Assembly (NCBI GenBank): GCA_964016885.1
Contig: OZ024742.1
Location: forward strand, 151,652,001 to 151,716,000
Length of the DNA: 64,000 bases
Direction of reading: 5' to 3'
Origin: Eledone cirrhosa
Taxonomy: Eukaryota
Shown: positions 42,000 through 54,138 of the stretch, one piece after another
Layout: each line of letters begins with the position of its first letter
Numbering within the stretch: the stretch's first letter is position 1
Notes under the pieces: model-generated
What the model saw: the letters and a program-made list of their open reading frames with translations, nothing else
Told to the model about the DNA's origin: nothing
The model's database searches: none
Translations under genes and position numbers: made by a program

Positions 42000-44148
42000 T
42001 TGGACCTAAAAAAATCTAAAAAAATCCATGTCCACTCGGACAAAACTGGAAACCTATATCACATGGATATTGAAAATTACAATGAGTTCATATATAAAGA
42101 ACTCATGAAAAATTATAGAAAAACAAATAATGCGTCACTCACCAACATCAACAACAAAACACACAGCATAGTGAATAGACTTAATATTGAAGATAGAACT
42201 GAACCCTTGGCATTGAAAAGACCACACTTCAACCTGAAAGATCATAAATCAAACTTTAACTCTAATCCTTCTATAAGACTTATATGCCCTTCCAAATTCG
42301 ATATTGGAATAATTAGTAAAAAAATTTTAGATAGAGTCATCCCACAAATAAGAAAACATGTTAATTTACCACTCTGGGAAAACACATCCCAGGTAATTAA
42401 CTGGTTTAATAATATTAGATATAAATCCTCTGCTTCATTTCTACAATTTGATATAGATAATTACTATTCTTCTATATCACCTATACTCCTGAACAAAGCC
42501 TTGATATTTGCTAAAAATAGATCTCACTTAACTTTGGATGACATTAATATTATTACATATGCTAGACTAACACTAATTGAATTTCAGAATGAATACTGGA
42601 CCAGAAACACATATAGTAATCTATTTGATATTACTATGGGCTCAAGCGATTCTCCCCAAATTACTGATCTTGTGGGCCTATTTCTTCTTTTTAACATAAA
42701 TGCTTCCTTTCCCCACCTTAAAGGTGGTTTATATCGTGACAACTGTCTTCTTCTTTCCAATAACCTTAGCCTCTCAGAGATAGAAAAAACAAAAAGCTTA
42801 TTAGAACTTTCCTTAAAGACTATTATAGTCTAGATATTACATTTGAAAACACAAGTAAAGTAGTTAATTTCCTAGATATAACATTAGACTTAGCTACGGG
42901 TATCTACCAACCTTACCATAAACCCAACCAAAATTTACACTACATACACTCACAATCTAATCACCCTAAATCTATCCTTAAAAACCTTGCATATAATATA
43001 TCACTTAGAATTTCTAACCTTTCGTCTAACCAAGATGTATTTGATAAAAATGCGACCTTTTATAACGAAGCTCTAGCTAGAAGTGGCCACAAAAATAGAT
43101 TGGAATATATACCTTCTACCAATAACACTACAAACATACAACCTAATATTACCAACAAACACCAAATGAAACGTACACACCTAAATGCCACTCACACTAT
43201 ACCCCAAAATACCAACAAAAAACCAAATTTCTCTAACTCCTCTAATATACAGTATAGTAACTCTCAAAAAATTACTCATCCTACAACTCTAATAAATGTT
43301 AATAATAAAACTCCTAATAAACAAGCTAAAACACCTAAATCAATAAATCTAACTAAAAATGTGTGTGGAGAGGTCATTAACAATAATTCTCCTAGTAAAC
43401 ATCAGGATACATCCTATAAAAACAATAAACAACAAAGAAACCGTAATAGACGAGTTACTTGGTATAATGCTCCATTTAATTTACAAGTTAAGGATAATAT
43501 ACCTAATAAATTCTTTAATATCCTAGAGAAAAACTTCCCGCCAAACCACAAATACCATCAAATCTTAAATAGATCAACAGTTAAATTCTCATACTCAACA
43601 ACCAAAAACATAAAACAAAATATAAGTGCCTATAATGCATATAAATGTAAAAAAACCATAAGTATACCACCAGTACATCAAACTAGCCATCATATCTCCT
43701 CAAATACAGGATTAACGAAAAGTTGTAACTGTAGAAACAAGGCAAACTGCCCATTAAAAGGAAATTGCCTTGTTAATAACATAGTATATAAATGTAAAGT
43801 TAACACTAAGGACTCTATTTGTTCATATATAGGAGCTACTTCTAACAACTTTAAGGTAAGATTTAATACCCACAAACATAGTTTTAAAAATGCCGCACTA
43901 GCTAATACAACATCTCTAGCAGAAAAAATTAATAGTTATAGAAAGAGGAATATAGAATATGACATGACCTGGAGTGTGCTCAAAAGAGCCACCCCTTATT
44001 AAAATAGTAGAAATGAATGTAGATTGTGTTCCCAAGAACTTTTCGAAATAATGAAATCTAAGGATATCGTATTAAATAAGCGACAAGAATTAATAATATC
44101 GTGTAATCATAAACTGAGAAAAACATTTAAATATTATAAACCCAATTA
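42000..44148 (+). pseudogene. Penelope-type RT + GIY-YIG endonuclease, frameshifted and with a stop
   Basis: DKTGNLY, LKDHK, FDIDNYY, MGS, GLYRDN (YRDD mutated), VNFLD, HSQSNHP, CNCR..CPL.G.CL, IVYKC...YIG..FKVR..H, CRLC..E..LNKR.E...C.H. Frameshift near 42810-42830; TAA 44000-44002. Confidence 0.88.
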
Positions 44149-44650
44149 ATATATATTTTAGAAATTAATATATGAATTAATTTTAATGTAGTTAACCTAT
44201 AATTTTAATTTAGTTAACCCATTATTAAAATTCTACTATAGATGAAATACAAAATATCGTATAATCATAAACTGAGAAAAACATTTAAATATTATAAACC
44301 TAATTAATACCTCAAATTAGAAATGAATATATAAATTAATTTTAATTTATTTAAATTATTATTAAAATTCTATTACAGATGAAATACAACAAAATATCGT
44401 GTAATCATAAACGGAGAAAAACTTTTAAATATTATAAACCTAATTAATATACAATTTAGAAATTAATATATAGATTAATTTTAATTTAGTTAACCTATAA
44501 TTTTAATTTAGTTAACTTATAATTAAAATTCTACTACAGATGAAATACAAAATATCGTGTAATCATAAACTGAGAAAAACATTTAAATATAAACCTAATT
44601 AATATACACTTTAGAAATTAATTATATAGATTAATTTTAATTTAGTTAAC
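44090..44650. repeat. Four AT-rich tandem units (~140-160 bp) starting in the last ORF codons
   Basis: aatatcgtgtaatcataaactgagaaaaacatttaaat recurs near 44095, 44252, 44393 and 44551. Confidence 0.85.
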
Positions 44651-46097
44651 CTATAATTAAAATTCTACTACAGATAAAATACAAAATTCTGCTTTAAATA
44701 TTATAAACCTAATTAACATATACTATAGAAATTAATATATAAACTATTTTTAATTTAGTTAACCTATAATTAATAGTCTACTACCGATGAACTACAGAAT
44801 TTGGCTTTCCCTCGTACAAATATCATTTCCTAAAACTGATACCATCAAGTAAACATATGTAATTATTTTTAATTTAGTTAAGCTATAATTAATATTCTAC
44901 TACTGTTGAACTACATAATTCCGCTTTAAATATTATAAACCTAATTAGTATACACCTTTGAAATTAATATATAAACTATTTTTATTTTAGTTAATCTATA
45001 ATTAATATTCTACTTATGTTGAACTACATAATTTGGCTTTCCTTCTTACAAATACCATTTCCTAAAACTGATACCACTAAGTAAACACATATAAAGCTTT
45101 AACTTCAGGTTATGACTTCCTTGAAACCTATATATTTACTATTTCCCAGTAATAAATTTAATCCCCCCCCCCAATAATTATATGTATATGTAAGCGTGGA
45201 CGTGTGTATGTATATATAAGTGTGTATGTATGTTTGTGTGTATGTATGAGAGTGTAAAAATACATATGTGTATGTATATATATATATATGTATGTGTAGA
45301 TGTATGTATGTATATGTATATATGTGTATATGTGTGTGACTGTGTATATGTGTGTGTATGTCTATATATATGTATGTCTCTGTGTGTGTGTGTGTGGTTG
45401 TATATATGCATGTGTATGTGTGTATATATATATAGGTATATATATATGTATGGATATATGTTTTACTTATTTTTATGCGTGTGCATGCAAACAGGTCAAT
45501 ATGCGTGAGTGTAAGTATGTGTGTGTGTGTGTGTATGTACGTATCGAACGTATGGATGTGCGTGTGTATATAAGCATGTATATTTTTGCGTTTCTTTTGT
45601 GAGACATGCGTGTCTGTGTATGTATGTACCCCCCCTTTTTTTGTCTTCTTTTCTTTAGTTTTTTCTTTCTAAAATTTTTTTCTTTCTAATTTATTGTTAC
45701 ATTTTTATAAATATATCGAGATGACACTTTCCTTTAATTATTACACTACCTTACTTCTTTTACTTCCGCATATGGGTGTACGTGTGTGTTGGCATGTTTA
45801 GGCGTGCGCCTTCATATTCATATACTTATGATGTATCTATTCTGTCTGTAGCTTACAGACATACAGATACATTTGCCCTACATTTTAGATTTACACACAC
45901 TTTTTCACTATACGTATACATATGAGCATACACATATATGCATATCTGTGAGCGTATTTACATACATATACACACACCTAACTATATTTCTTGATAGCTT
46001 TTTATATATTTCAATCTATATTTCATTGGTCTATTCAAAACCTGCTCCCAAACAGACCTATTGTATTGAATCTTTGTTCTCATCAATAAACAAGCAT

Positions 46098-46236
46098 CAT
46101 TATTTCTGAAGACAGCATATATATGTGAAGGTATGTATATTCCCTCTGATAGTTTGTATAATATTGTACATAGATCTATAGAATATGCATACCAATTCTA
46201 ACACATATATGTCCTAGAAACGATCGTAAAATAATG
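46098..46236 (+). ncRNA. Type I hammerhead ribozyme with ~100-nt stem II domain
   Basis: cattattt-CTGAAGA (46106-46112) ... GAAA (46217-46220)-C-gatc-GTA-aaataatg: perfect 8-bp stem I, palindromic short stem III, GUA cleavage triplet. Confidence 0.8.
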
Positions 46237-46431
46237 AACTTTTTTTGTTTAATATAAGGAACTGTTTCTTTGTTTATTCATTATTTTTTTAATAATTTAT
46301 CTTGACTCTGTTTTCCGTTTATTTTTCACCGAAAGTAGTTTTTGAATGCATCTCTTCTTTTCATGATATCCGGATTACATTGAGTTCTTCATACGGATTG
46401 GACACTACCGTAAACTTTTGGTAGATTTATC

Positions 46432-46547
<116 letters not shown>

Positions 46548-46989
46548 TATTGGTAAACGGAATAGAAAATGCTGACAAATTGTTCACAGTTGAAAAATGG
46601 TTTAATTAGAAATAAAAGAGTATTAGTGATTGTATGGGTTAGTATTCAGTTGTGGTTTTAAGTTTTTAAGTTTTTACCGGTTGCGCATTTCTAAATGCTT
46701 TTCAAAAATAATTTTGAGATAGAGTGTCCGTGCTGTTTGCTCTGATCTGATTAGTTTTGGAAATTCTACCTGTTTTTATGTTAAAAAAGTGGCTCCAATT
46801 TGCAAAAATTCTTGTGGTCAAAACAATTTTGATTGGTCGGTAGAGGTCATGTGAATCTAAAAAATTGATTTTGCGCCAAGACTGTTTTTATGTTAAAAAA
46901 GTGGCTCCAGCAAAAATTCTTGTGGTCAAAACAATTTTGATTGGTCGGTAGAGGTCATGTATATATATATATATATATATATAAATATT

Positions 46990-47112
46990 TAATATAGAAA
47001 GGGCTTCTACAGACTAGGACTGTTTCATTCGGAGGAAATCATCAGGAAAGCTTTCCCAATGATTTCCTCGGAAAGAAACAGTTCCATTCCTGTAGAAGCC
47101 ATTTCTATATTT
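46990..47112. mobile_element. Short palindromic element made of two back-to-back hammerhead-like halves
   Basis: Imperfect inverted repeat centred on ggaaagctttcc; minus strand CTGATGA-tttc-ctcc-gaat-GAAAC; plus half has a decayed core (caatga). Related pieces at 19351-19415 and 58620-58670. Confidence 0.65.
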
Positions 47113-47181
47113 AATATTCATACTTTGCTATGTATTGAATACCTTCCTTACTGTGGTTACCCCCGATTGAACCCGAGATAA

Positions 47182-47220
<39 letters not shown>

Positions 47221-48223
47221 AAAACATACACAGACACACACACACACCTCATACACACACATGTATATATATATATATATATAATTACTGATGATGGTGC
47301 CAATATGATGCACAGACAGAATGTATATAAGTAAATCTATAAAGTTTGCATGTATTTCTATTTTCATTGTGTATCGATCTGCTACGTGTGTTTCGCAGAG
47401 GATTGGCTCATGTTCACCAATGGAGGTTATGCACTTGACTCCAGTATCAATCTTCTCGCCAGACTGATGATTCAACCAAAAAAATGAAGTGTTTGTGATG
47501 ATCGGTGAGATGTTGGGCATGTATGAACATCGGCCTTTTTTTACGTGGATGTGTGCGTACGTAAGTGTTTGAGTGCGTAGGCATGCGTAAATGTTTGTGT
47601 ATACATATTTTAGTATATGTGTATGTTTGTGTGTATATGCCTGTGTATTAAAATGAGGATGTATATATATATATATATACGTGCGTGTGTGTGTCGATAT
47701 GAGTGGAGGACGACTATCTCTCTGTTGGTCTCTATGTCTGTCAATCAACCAATCAATCAATCAATCTATTTATCTATCTATCTGATTTTTATGTTGCTGT
47801 TATAGTTGTTCTTGTGGGTTTTCTGCACTGTCAGATGGTTTGTGGTGTGTCAATCATTTTCTACGTTATCGATTCATGCGTATCGGCTTTTAGCACTATT
47901 GGGTTGATATTTACTTCACACAAACGCCTATCTATGCTTATCTTCACACGCACATGCAAGCACACACGCTAGCACACAGTTTCACGCCCACAGACACACG
48001 TGTGTATGTGAAAACGTGGCATATACACACATATGTGTGGGCAAATGTGTATCTTTGTCTGTATGAAGATAACAATGTATGAGTATTTATGAGAAGCACA
48101 AACACTAATGTTAAATCCGGCACACATGACTGACTAAAACAAGACAAATACAAAATAAAAAACAATGACAAGTCCAAAACATTACACATCACAGAACACA
48201 TCTCTTTCACTGTGTTTTTATAT

Positions 48224-48309
<86 letters not shown>

Positions 48310-48329
48310 GTATACATACATATAGAGAA

Positions 48330-48992
48330 AAAGTGGAATTGAAAATAGTACGTAAAATATATTTAAAGGATCTGTTTTTCTTTTTATTCTTCTTTGATCC
48401 GTCAAAGTGACATTATTGAAAAAACGAGTGGAAAAATAAAAATAAATAAAAATAAAAAAAGGAGTTTTATAATGGTATATAGAATATATATATATAATTG
48501 TTTCTACTTTTTGGCACAAGGCCAGCGATTACCCAGTACATTACTGGTACTTTATTTTATCGACCCCGTAAGGATGAAAGGCAAAGTTAACCTCGGCGAG
48601 ATTTGAACTCAGAATAGCAAGGGCCGTAACTCTATGCGTCAAAGCATGGCGTCCGACCCTCTACCGATACTGCCAATTCACCACCCTTGAATATATATAG
48701 AATATATATATAATATAACCGGTTTCGGTGTATCCGTGTAATACATCTTATCAAATGTTGAATATTACAATTAAAAAGAATAAACAATTTAAAATTTAAA
48801 ATTAACTGTTGAAGAAGGTCTGTTCATCTTTCTTGTTGAGAAGAAGACTGGGTCTAAAATGGAACCTTATATATAGAGGGAGAGGTAGTCATAGTAATAG
48901 TAGTAGTAGTAGCAGCAGCAGTAGTAGTAGTAGTAGCAGCAACAGCAGCAGCAGAAGCAGTAGTGGTAGTAGTAGTAGCAGAGCAGCAGCAA

Positions 48993-49031
<39 letters not shown>

Positions 49032-49309
49032 TAGTAGTAGTAGTTGTCTCTTTTCACAGAGCAAAATTATTTTTAGGGAGAGGAAATTTTTCTGTATATA
49101 TGTATATCTCAATTGTGTTAAAGAACTGGTCAAGAGTTCAGATTGGAGTGGCGAAGAGGGGGAATGTAAGCTAGAGTCAATTGCTATAGGGGAGAGAGGT
49201 AAATGGGATTGTCAAAAGTATAGGATTGTAAAAGAAATTCTATTTTAGGAATATATAGGAATATGGTTTTAGAGGGTATGAGTGTGTATGTGTGTCTGTG
49301 TGTACGTAT

Positions 49310-49373
<64 letters not shown>

Positions 49374-50020
49374 GTGTGTGTGTGTGTGAAAAGGGAGGTA
49401 AGGTTCTATACAAAACAGTGGTTATAGAGAAAAAGTGAAATTGGAAATAGAACGGAAAATATATTTAAGGGTTTGTTTTTCTTTTTCTTTTTTTTCTTTC
49501 CTTTCTTTGATTCGTTAAAGTGACATTATTGAAAAAATGAGAAGGACAATTCTTTTTAAAAAAGTGTTTTATAATGGATGTAAAGTATATAAAGTATAAC
49601 CGGTTTCGATGTATTAGTAAAATTCATCTTATCAAATGTATTACAATTAAAAAGAATTAATAAGAATCAAAAGCTAAAAATTAAAGATTTAAAATTAAGT
49701 GTTGAGGCAATTTTTTTCATTTTCCTTTTGAGAAGGAGGCTGGAAAAATGAAATCTTGTGTATAAGTGAGAGGTGTAGTCATGATAGTAACAGTAGCAGT
49801 GGTGGTAGTTGTATTTTTTCACACAGAACAAAATTGTTTTTAGGGGGAGGGAGATATTCTGTAAATATGTGTGAGTATCTTAATCGTGTTAATGGACTGG
49901 TCAAGCGTTCAGATAGGGGTTACGAAGAGGGGAATTGTAAACTAGAGACAAATTCTATTGGATTGAAAGAGTAGGATTGTAAAAGAAATTCTATTTTTGT
50001 AATATGGTTTTAGAGAGTAT
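48330..50020 (-). repeat. Two diverged tandem copies of a pLTR-like segment downstream of the minus-strand Penelope element
   Basis: ~48325-49290 (interrupted by a SINE) resembles ~49425-50020; each has a decayed TTGATAA-gatg..-cGAAAC-cg-GTT motif (48716-48757, 49597-49638). Confidence 0.6.
48497..48688 (-). mobile_element. tRNA-headed SINE with target-site duplication
   Basis: Family match; tatatagaatatatatat..aat on both flanks. Confidence 0.85.
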
Positions 50021-50379
50021 CAGTGTGTGCGTGTGAGAGTGTATATATAAAATACACACACGTGTGCGTGTGTGGTGTGTGTGGTGTGTGTGTGCTTCAG
50101 CCTATCTGTCACAGGTCCCTTTGTGGTGGGAAATTTAAAAAAACAAAGCAAAGCATCAGTGGTGGTTTTCAATCAAGAATTTTTAGAAAATATGTGTATG
50201 AGCAATTTCGTGGTGTGTGTGTGTGGCGTGTGTGTGCGTGTGTGTGTGTGTGCCTGTTTGTGTGTGCGTGCGTGTGTGTGTGGGAGAGAGAGAAAGAATC
50301 TAATGGGGATGATTACATATCTAATTTTGTTTTAAATCTGTTAATAAATAGTTTTTCTTTATTTGTTCTTTGTTGTTGA

Positions 50380-52040
50380 GTGAAAGAATCGGGGCACTTG
50401 TAAAGGGGTCAGATTTTAAAGTTGGGTAGGATCATTCCTACACAACCTGCAGAATGGCTAGTTAAGGGGATTTTTCTTGTGTTTACGTCTCGGATTTGTT
50501 GGCGGTAGATGGTCATTCTTTTGCATAAAGACACCCGTCTGTCATATGTAGTTATGCCACCGCATTTGATTACGTAGATCAGGTTCTCTGAGTTGCAAAT
50601 GAAGTTGGTTTTCACTGTGAAAGTTTGGCCATCTTTAAATGAGGATTTTTGTCCTTCAATTAAGTATAGGCATGTGCCACAGCTTGCTCTTCCGAATTTT
50701 GTTACGATAACGCTGGAGATTGGTTTTGTATATTTGTTCGAGTGAGTATGTGTTTTAGTGACTTGGGTTGCTTTTACTTTTAATGGTCTTGTGTGTTTCT
50801 AAGATTTTTTCCTTTTTTCATTTTTTGTGTAGGTAGTCGAACATTGCAGTGTTTCTGGAGTTGAACGTGGATACATATGGTAAGGTATTGTTTGTGTTTC
50901 TGTGCTTTGGGTTGTTGGGTTGATGAAAATTTGCGTGTTTTGCTCTGTCGATTCCGTTATTAATTATGTCAAGTGTGAAAGACTCTTAAGGTAAGTATGT
51001 TTTTGAGTTCATTTAGTCTTTGTTCCTGTTTAGCTGGGTCTGATACTATGGTGCATATATGTTTGGTTAAGTTAAAAAGAAAATTAAGTTTTGTATGCTA
51101 TGGGTGATTTGATGTGAAGAGGAGGTAATGTTTGGAGTCCGTGAGTTTATAAAAGATGGTTGTTTCTATTTTCCCATCTGTTTTTAAAATAAGGATATCC
51201 AAGAAGGCTAATTCCTTGGAGTTGGATTCCATTGTGAATTATATGTTATTGTTAATGTTGTTTATCATATGTTTGAAAATAATGAGTGCATTTATGTTTT
51301 CCTGCCATAGTATAAAGCAAACGTCTGGGTATCTCTTCCGATTGTTTTTGAGATGTGTAAGGAAAGAGTCTCCGCATAATAGAAGGGATTGGTTGTAGAT
51401 TTATTGTTCATGGAATCCCATGACTAAGTTGGTGTATGTGGGGGCTACCTTCGTGCCCATTGCAGTCCCTGAGATTTGTCGGTATGTTGAACCATTGAAA
51501 GTAAAATAATAATTCTGTAAGATAAATCGGAGTCGGTCAATAATAAAGTTTTTATTGATGCGTGCTGGCATTTCAGATTGGTGTGTGTCTAGCCAGTACT
51601 GGATTGCCGTCATTCCATACTTATGGGGTATGTTAGTGTAAAGGTTTACTACGTCAAAGGAGAAAAGAATTGTGTCTTCACTTACTGTTTTTGGTAGGTG
51701 GTTCAGCATATCAAGGTCATCCCGTATGTAACTCTGTATATGTTTTAGGAAGGGCTTTAGTAGGATGTCCAGGAAGTTGCTAAGTCTGTGGGTTTCACGT
51801 CTGCTATAATTGGTCTGAGTTTTAAGACTTCTGCTCGTGTTAATTGTATGTATTTATTAATCGAAGTGTCACATGCATCGTTTCTGATTTTAAAATTTGT
51901 GGATCTTTGGTAAGCCACAAAAAGTACTTGTATTACATAGGCTATTGCGATATTTTTGTAGTAATGCTAGGAAATTCCCCATTTGTTAGTTTGTTTGTAG
52001 TTTTCTGTTTTTTCGTAGTATTTGTTGCCTAAGATTTTAA
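50380..52040 (-). pseudogene. Decayed Penelope-like RT/GIY-YIG element
   Basis: FSFDVVNLYTNIP, QISGTAMGTKVAPTYTNLVMG, FLDI, FICNSENLIYVIKC; multiple stops and deletions. Confidence 0.8.
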
Positions 52041-52076
52041 GTGCCAGGTCCCTATAGTAGTCAGTATCCATTATGA

Positions 52077-52141
<65 letters not shown>

Positions 52142-52210
52142 AATATATGTTATGCACATCATGATACTAAGGTTGTGTTTGCATGTCCCTGCTCGTCTTG
52201 TCATTTATTG

Positions 52211-52263
<53 letters not shown>

Positions 52264-52812
52264 CATGTTGGGTTGATAATGTTTTCGATAAAACTAATTA
52301 ACCCGCGTGTATATTATTATTTTTTTCCTCTTTTCGTGGATCGTAGTTGTCTCCCCTTCCCGCTTCGTGACGCTAAAATACTTCCTCAGTCAAAAACTGC
52401 TGGAATTTCAAATTTGGCGGTCATTCGAGGCGAGAAGGAGCAACTTAACAGACACGATTTTTGACTGCGGTAAGAATTTTTTTCTTATATCAAAGTTTAA
52501 TGGGCTTCCACTGATGATTTATAAGGGCCCACCTAAATATATTCTTACATGAATGTATATTAGGCTTCTACATGAACTGGAAATATTCTCCCAATTTGTA
52601 GAACACTTATAATGAAACAATTGTTTGGAAAGAGAGATATATTTTAACTTTAATTATATCTCATAAAATAATACAACTGGCTTTTCCACATAATACATAT
52701 TGTTAGCACCCCAAACACTTAAGTTGGGTTCATATTATAATGTAACCTAATGTTTGTTGAGTGAGATGGTTACCAGTCAGAGTTTAGCTTTAAACTATCT
52801 CTGTTATTGTAT

Positions 52813-52910
<98 letters not shown>

Positions 52911-52912
52911 CG

Positions 52913-52943
<31 letters not shown>

Positions 52944-52991
52944 TTATACATAAAAAAGAAAACGATCGAATCATATTCTTAACGCATTTAA

Positions 52992-53117
52992 GGCTTTACA
53001 ATTGTTTCAGCGATGCCATGGATCATTAAGTAATTCGTGAAAAGGATAAATTTGTGTATAACACGTGGAAAAAAAAGAATAAGAAAAAGAAGATATAGCA
53101 ATATCTCATCAGAAACC
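52992..53117 (-). ncRNA. Type I hammerhead motif with long stem II
   Basis: Minus strand ggttt-CTGATGA ... GAAAC-aatt-GTA-aagcc; stem I pairs with one G-U; stem II partly decayed. Confidence 0.65.
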
Positions 53118-53344
53118 AAATTAAGTAGTAAAAAAAAAAATACGCTGAATCCCAGCTTGGTTGCACAAGATGCAGGCCAGTGGAGGTTTCATTTCGATTT
53201 GACGGGCAGAAAATTTAATTTACTACTCTTATTAGGAATAGTAAAATAAATGTTCAGCCCGTCATATGGAAATATGCACTGGTCTGCATCTTGCCTTATG
53301 GGGCTTCATTTCCGCGTATTTTTGTTATAATTTTATATTTATTT

Positions 53345-53458
53345 TTGCTTCTAAGGAGGCATTGCCATGTTTTCTTTTTCTTTACTCATGTTATATGAAT
53401 TTATCCTTTTCAGTAACTATGTAATAATCCATGACATCGCCGAAACAATCGTAACGAA
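53345..53458 (+). ncRNA. Decayed hammerhead motif, inverted partner of 52992-53117
   Basis: CTAAGGA-ggcattgccatg ... catgacatcgcc-GAAAC-aatc-GTA; inner sequence is a diverged reverse complement of 52996-53115. Confidence 0.5.
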
Positions 53459-53584
53459 TACGTGGGCGAAGATGTACTCCCTTATACAGCTCTCTACATA
53501 CAAATAGAGTCATATTTTTACCTTTACTATGTGTATACATATATGTTATTTTTGTCTATATGTATCAATATATATTATGTAAAG

Positions 53585-53637
<53 letters not shown>

Positions 53638-53842
53638 CTTGGGGAGGGTCATATTTGTGTAATATTGCCAGAATTAATAACAGAACACACTCACTGTTTG
53701 GTTGGTTTTCGCTTTTCGCTTCTGTGTCTTTTATATCGGTAATCTAATTTATTCGGTCCTCAATGTTGCCATTGACTGACCAACGGTCAAAGATAATACA
53801 GATACAATATAGACACAAACACATATATATAGTTTATCAAAG

Positions 53843-53877
53843 TTCTTTCGTTGCACATCTGCAACATCGTCAGTGGT
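53843..53877 (-). ncRNA. Minimal hammerhead motif in the Penelope 3' region
   Basis: CTGACGA-t-gttgca-gatg-tgcaac-GAAA with perfect 6-bp stem II; stems I and III unclear. Confidence 0.6.
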
Positions 53878-54138
53878 GCTATTGTTTCCTCCCGTTGCAT
53901 TGTATTTTCTACGCCATCTTTATTTAGTCTGTTTATATATTTATTTATTTGTTTATTTTATTTTGTCTTCTTTGCGCATGCGTTTGCGTGTGTGTATAAT
54001 GTTTTGTTTGATGTGTGTTCATGGTTGGGTGACTGGGTATTGGTTAATATATTCTATCTTTACTAGTGTGTGTTTATATGTGTTTGTTGTTATTGTGCTT
54101 GTGTATGTATTTATTTATTTATTTATCTATTTAATTAT

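Larger units (their letters stand above)
39990..46297 (+). mobile_element. Penelope-like element (Naiad-like), 5'-truncated, with ~1.7-kb inverted pLTRs
   Basis: 39990-41716 is the near-identical reverse complement of ~44592-46297; encloses RT and GIY-YIG coding region; hammerhead in each arm; (TA)n outside. Confidence 0.9.

Noticed and set aside
43700-44148. Selenocysteine in the Naiad-like element
   Set aside because: Cys motifs use TGT/TGC and the interrupting stop is TAA, not TGA.
47128-47760. 210-aa ORF as a host exon
   Set aside because: Spans several microsatellites and has no recognisable domain.
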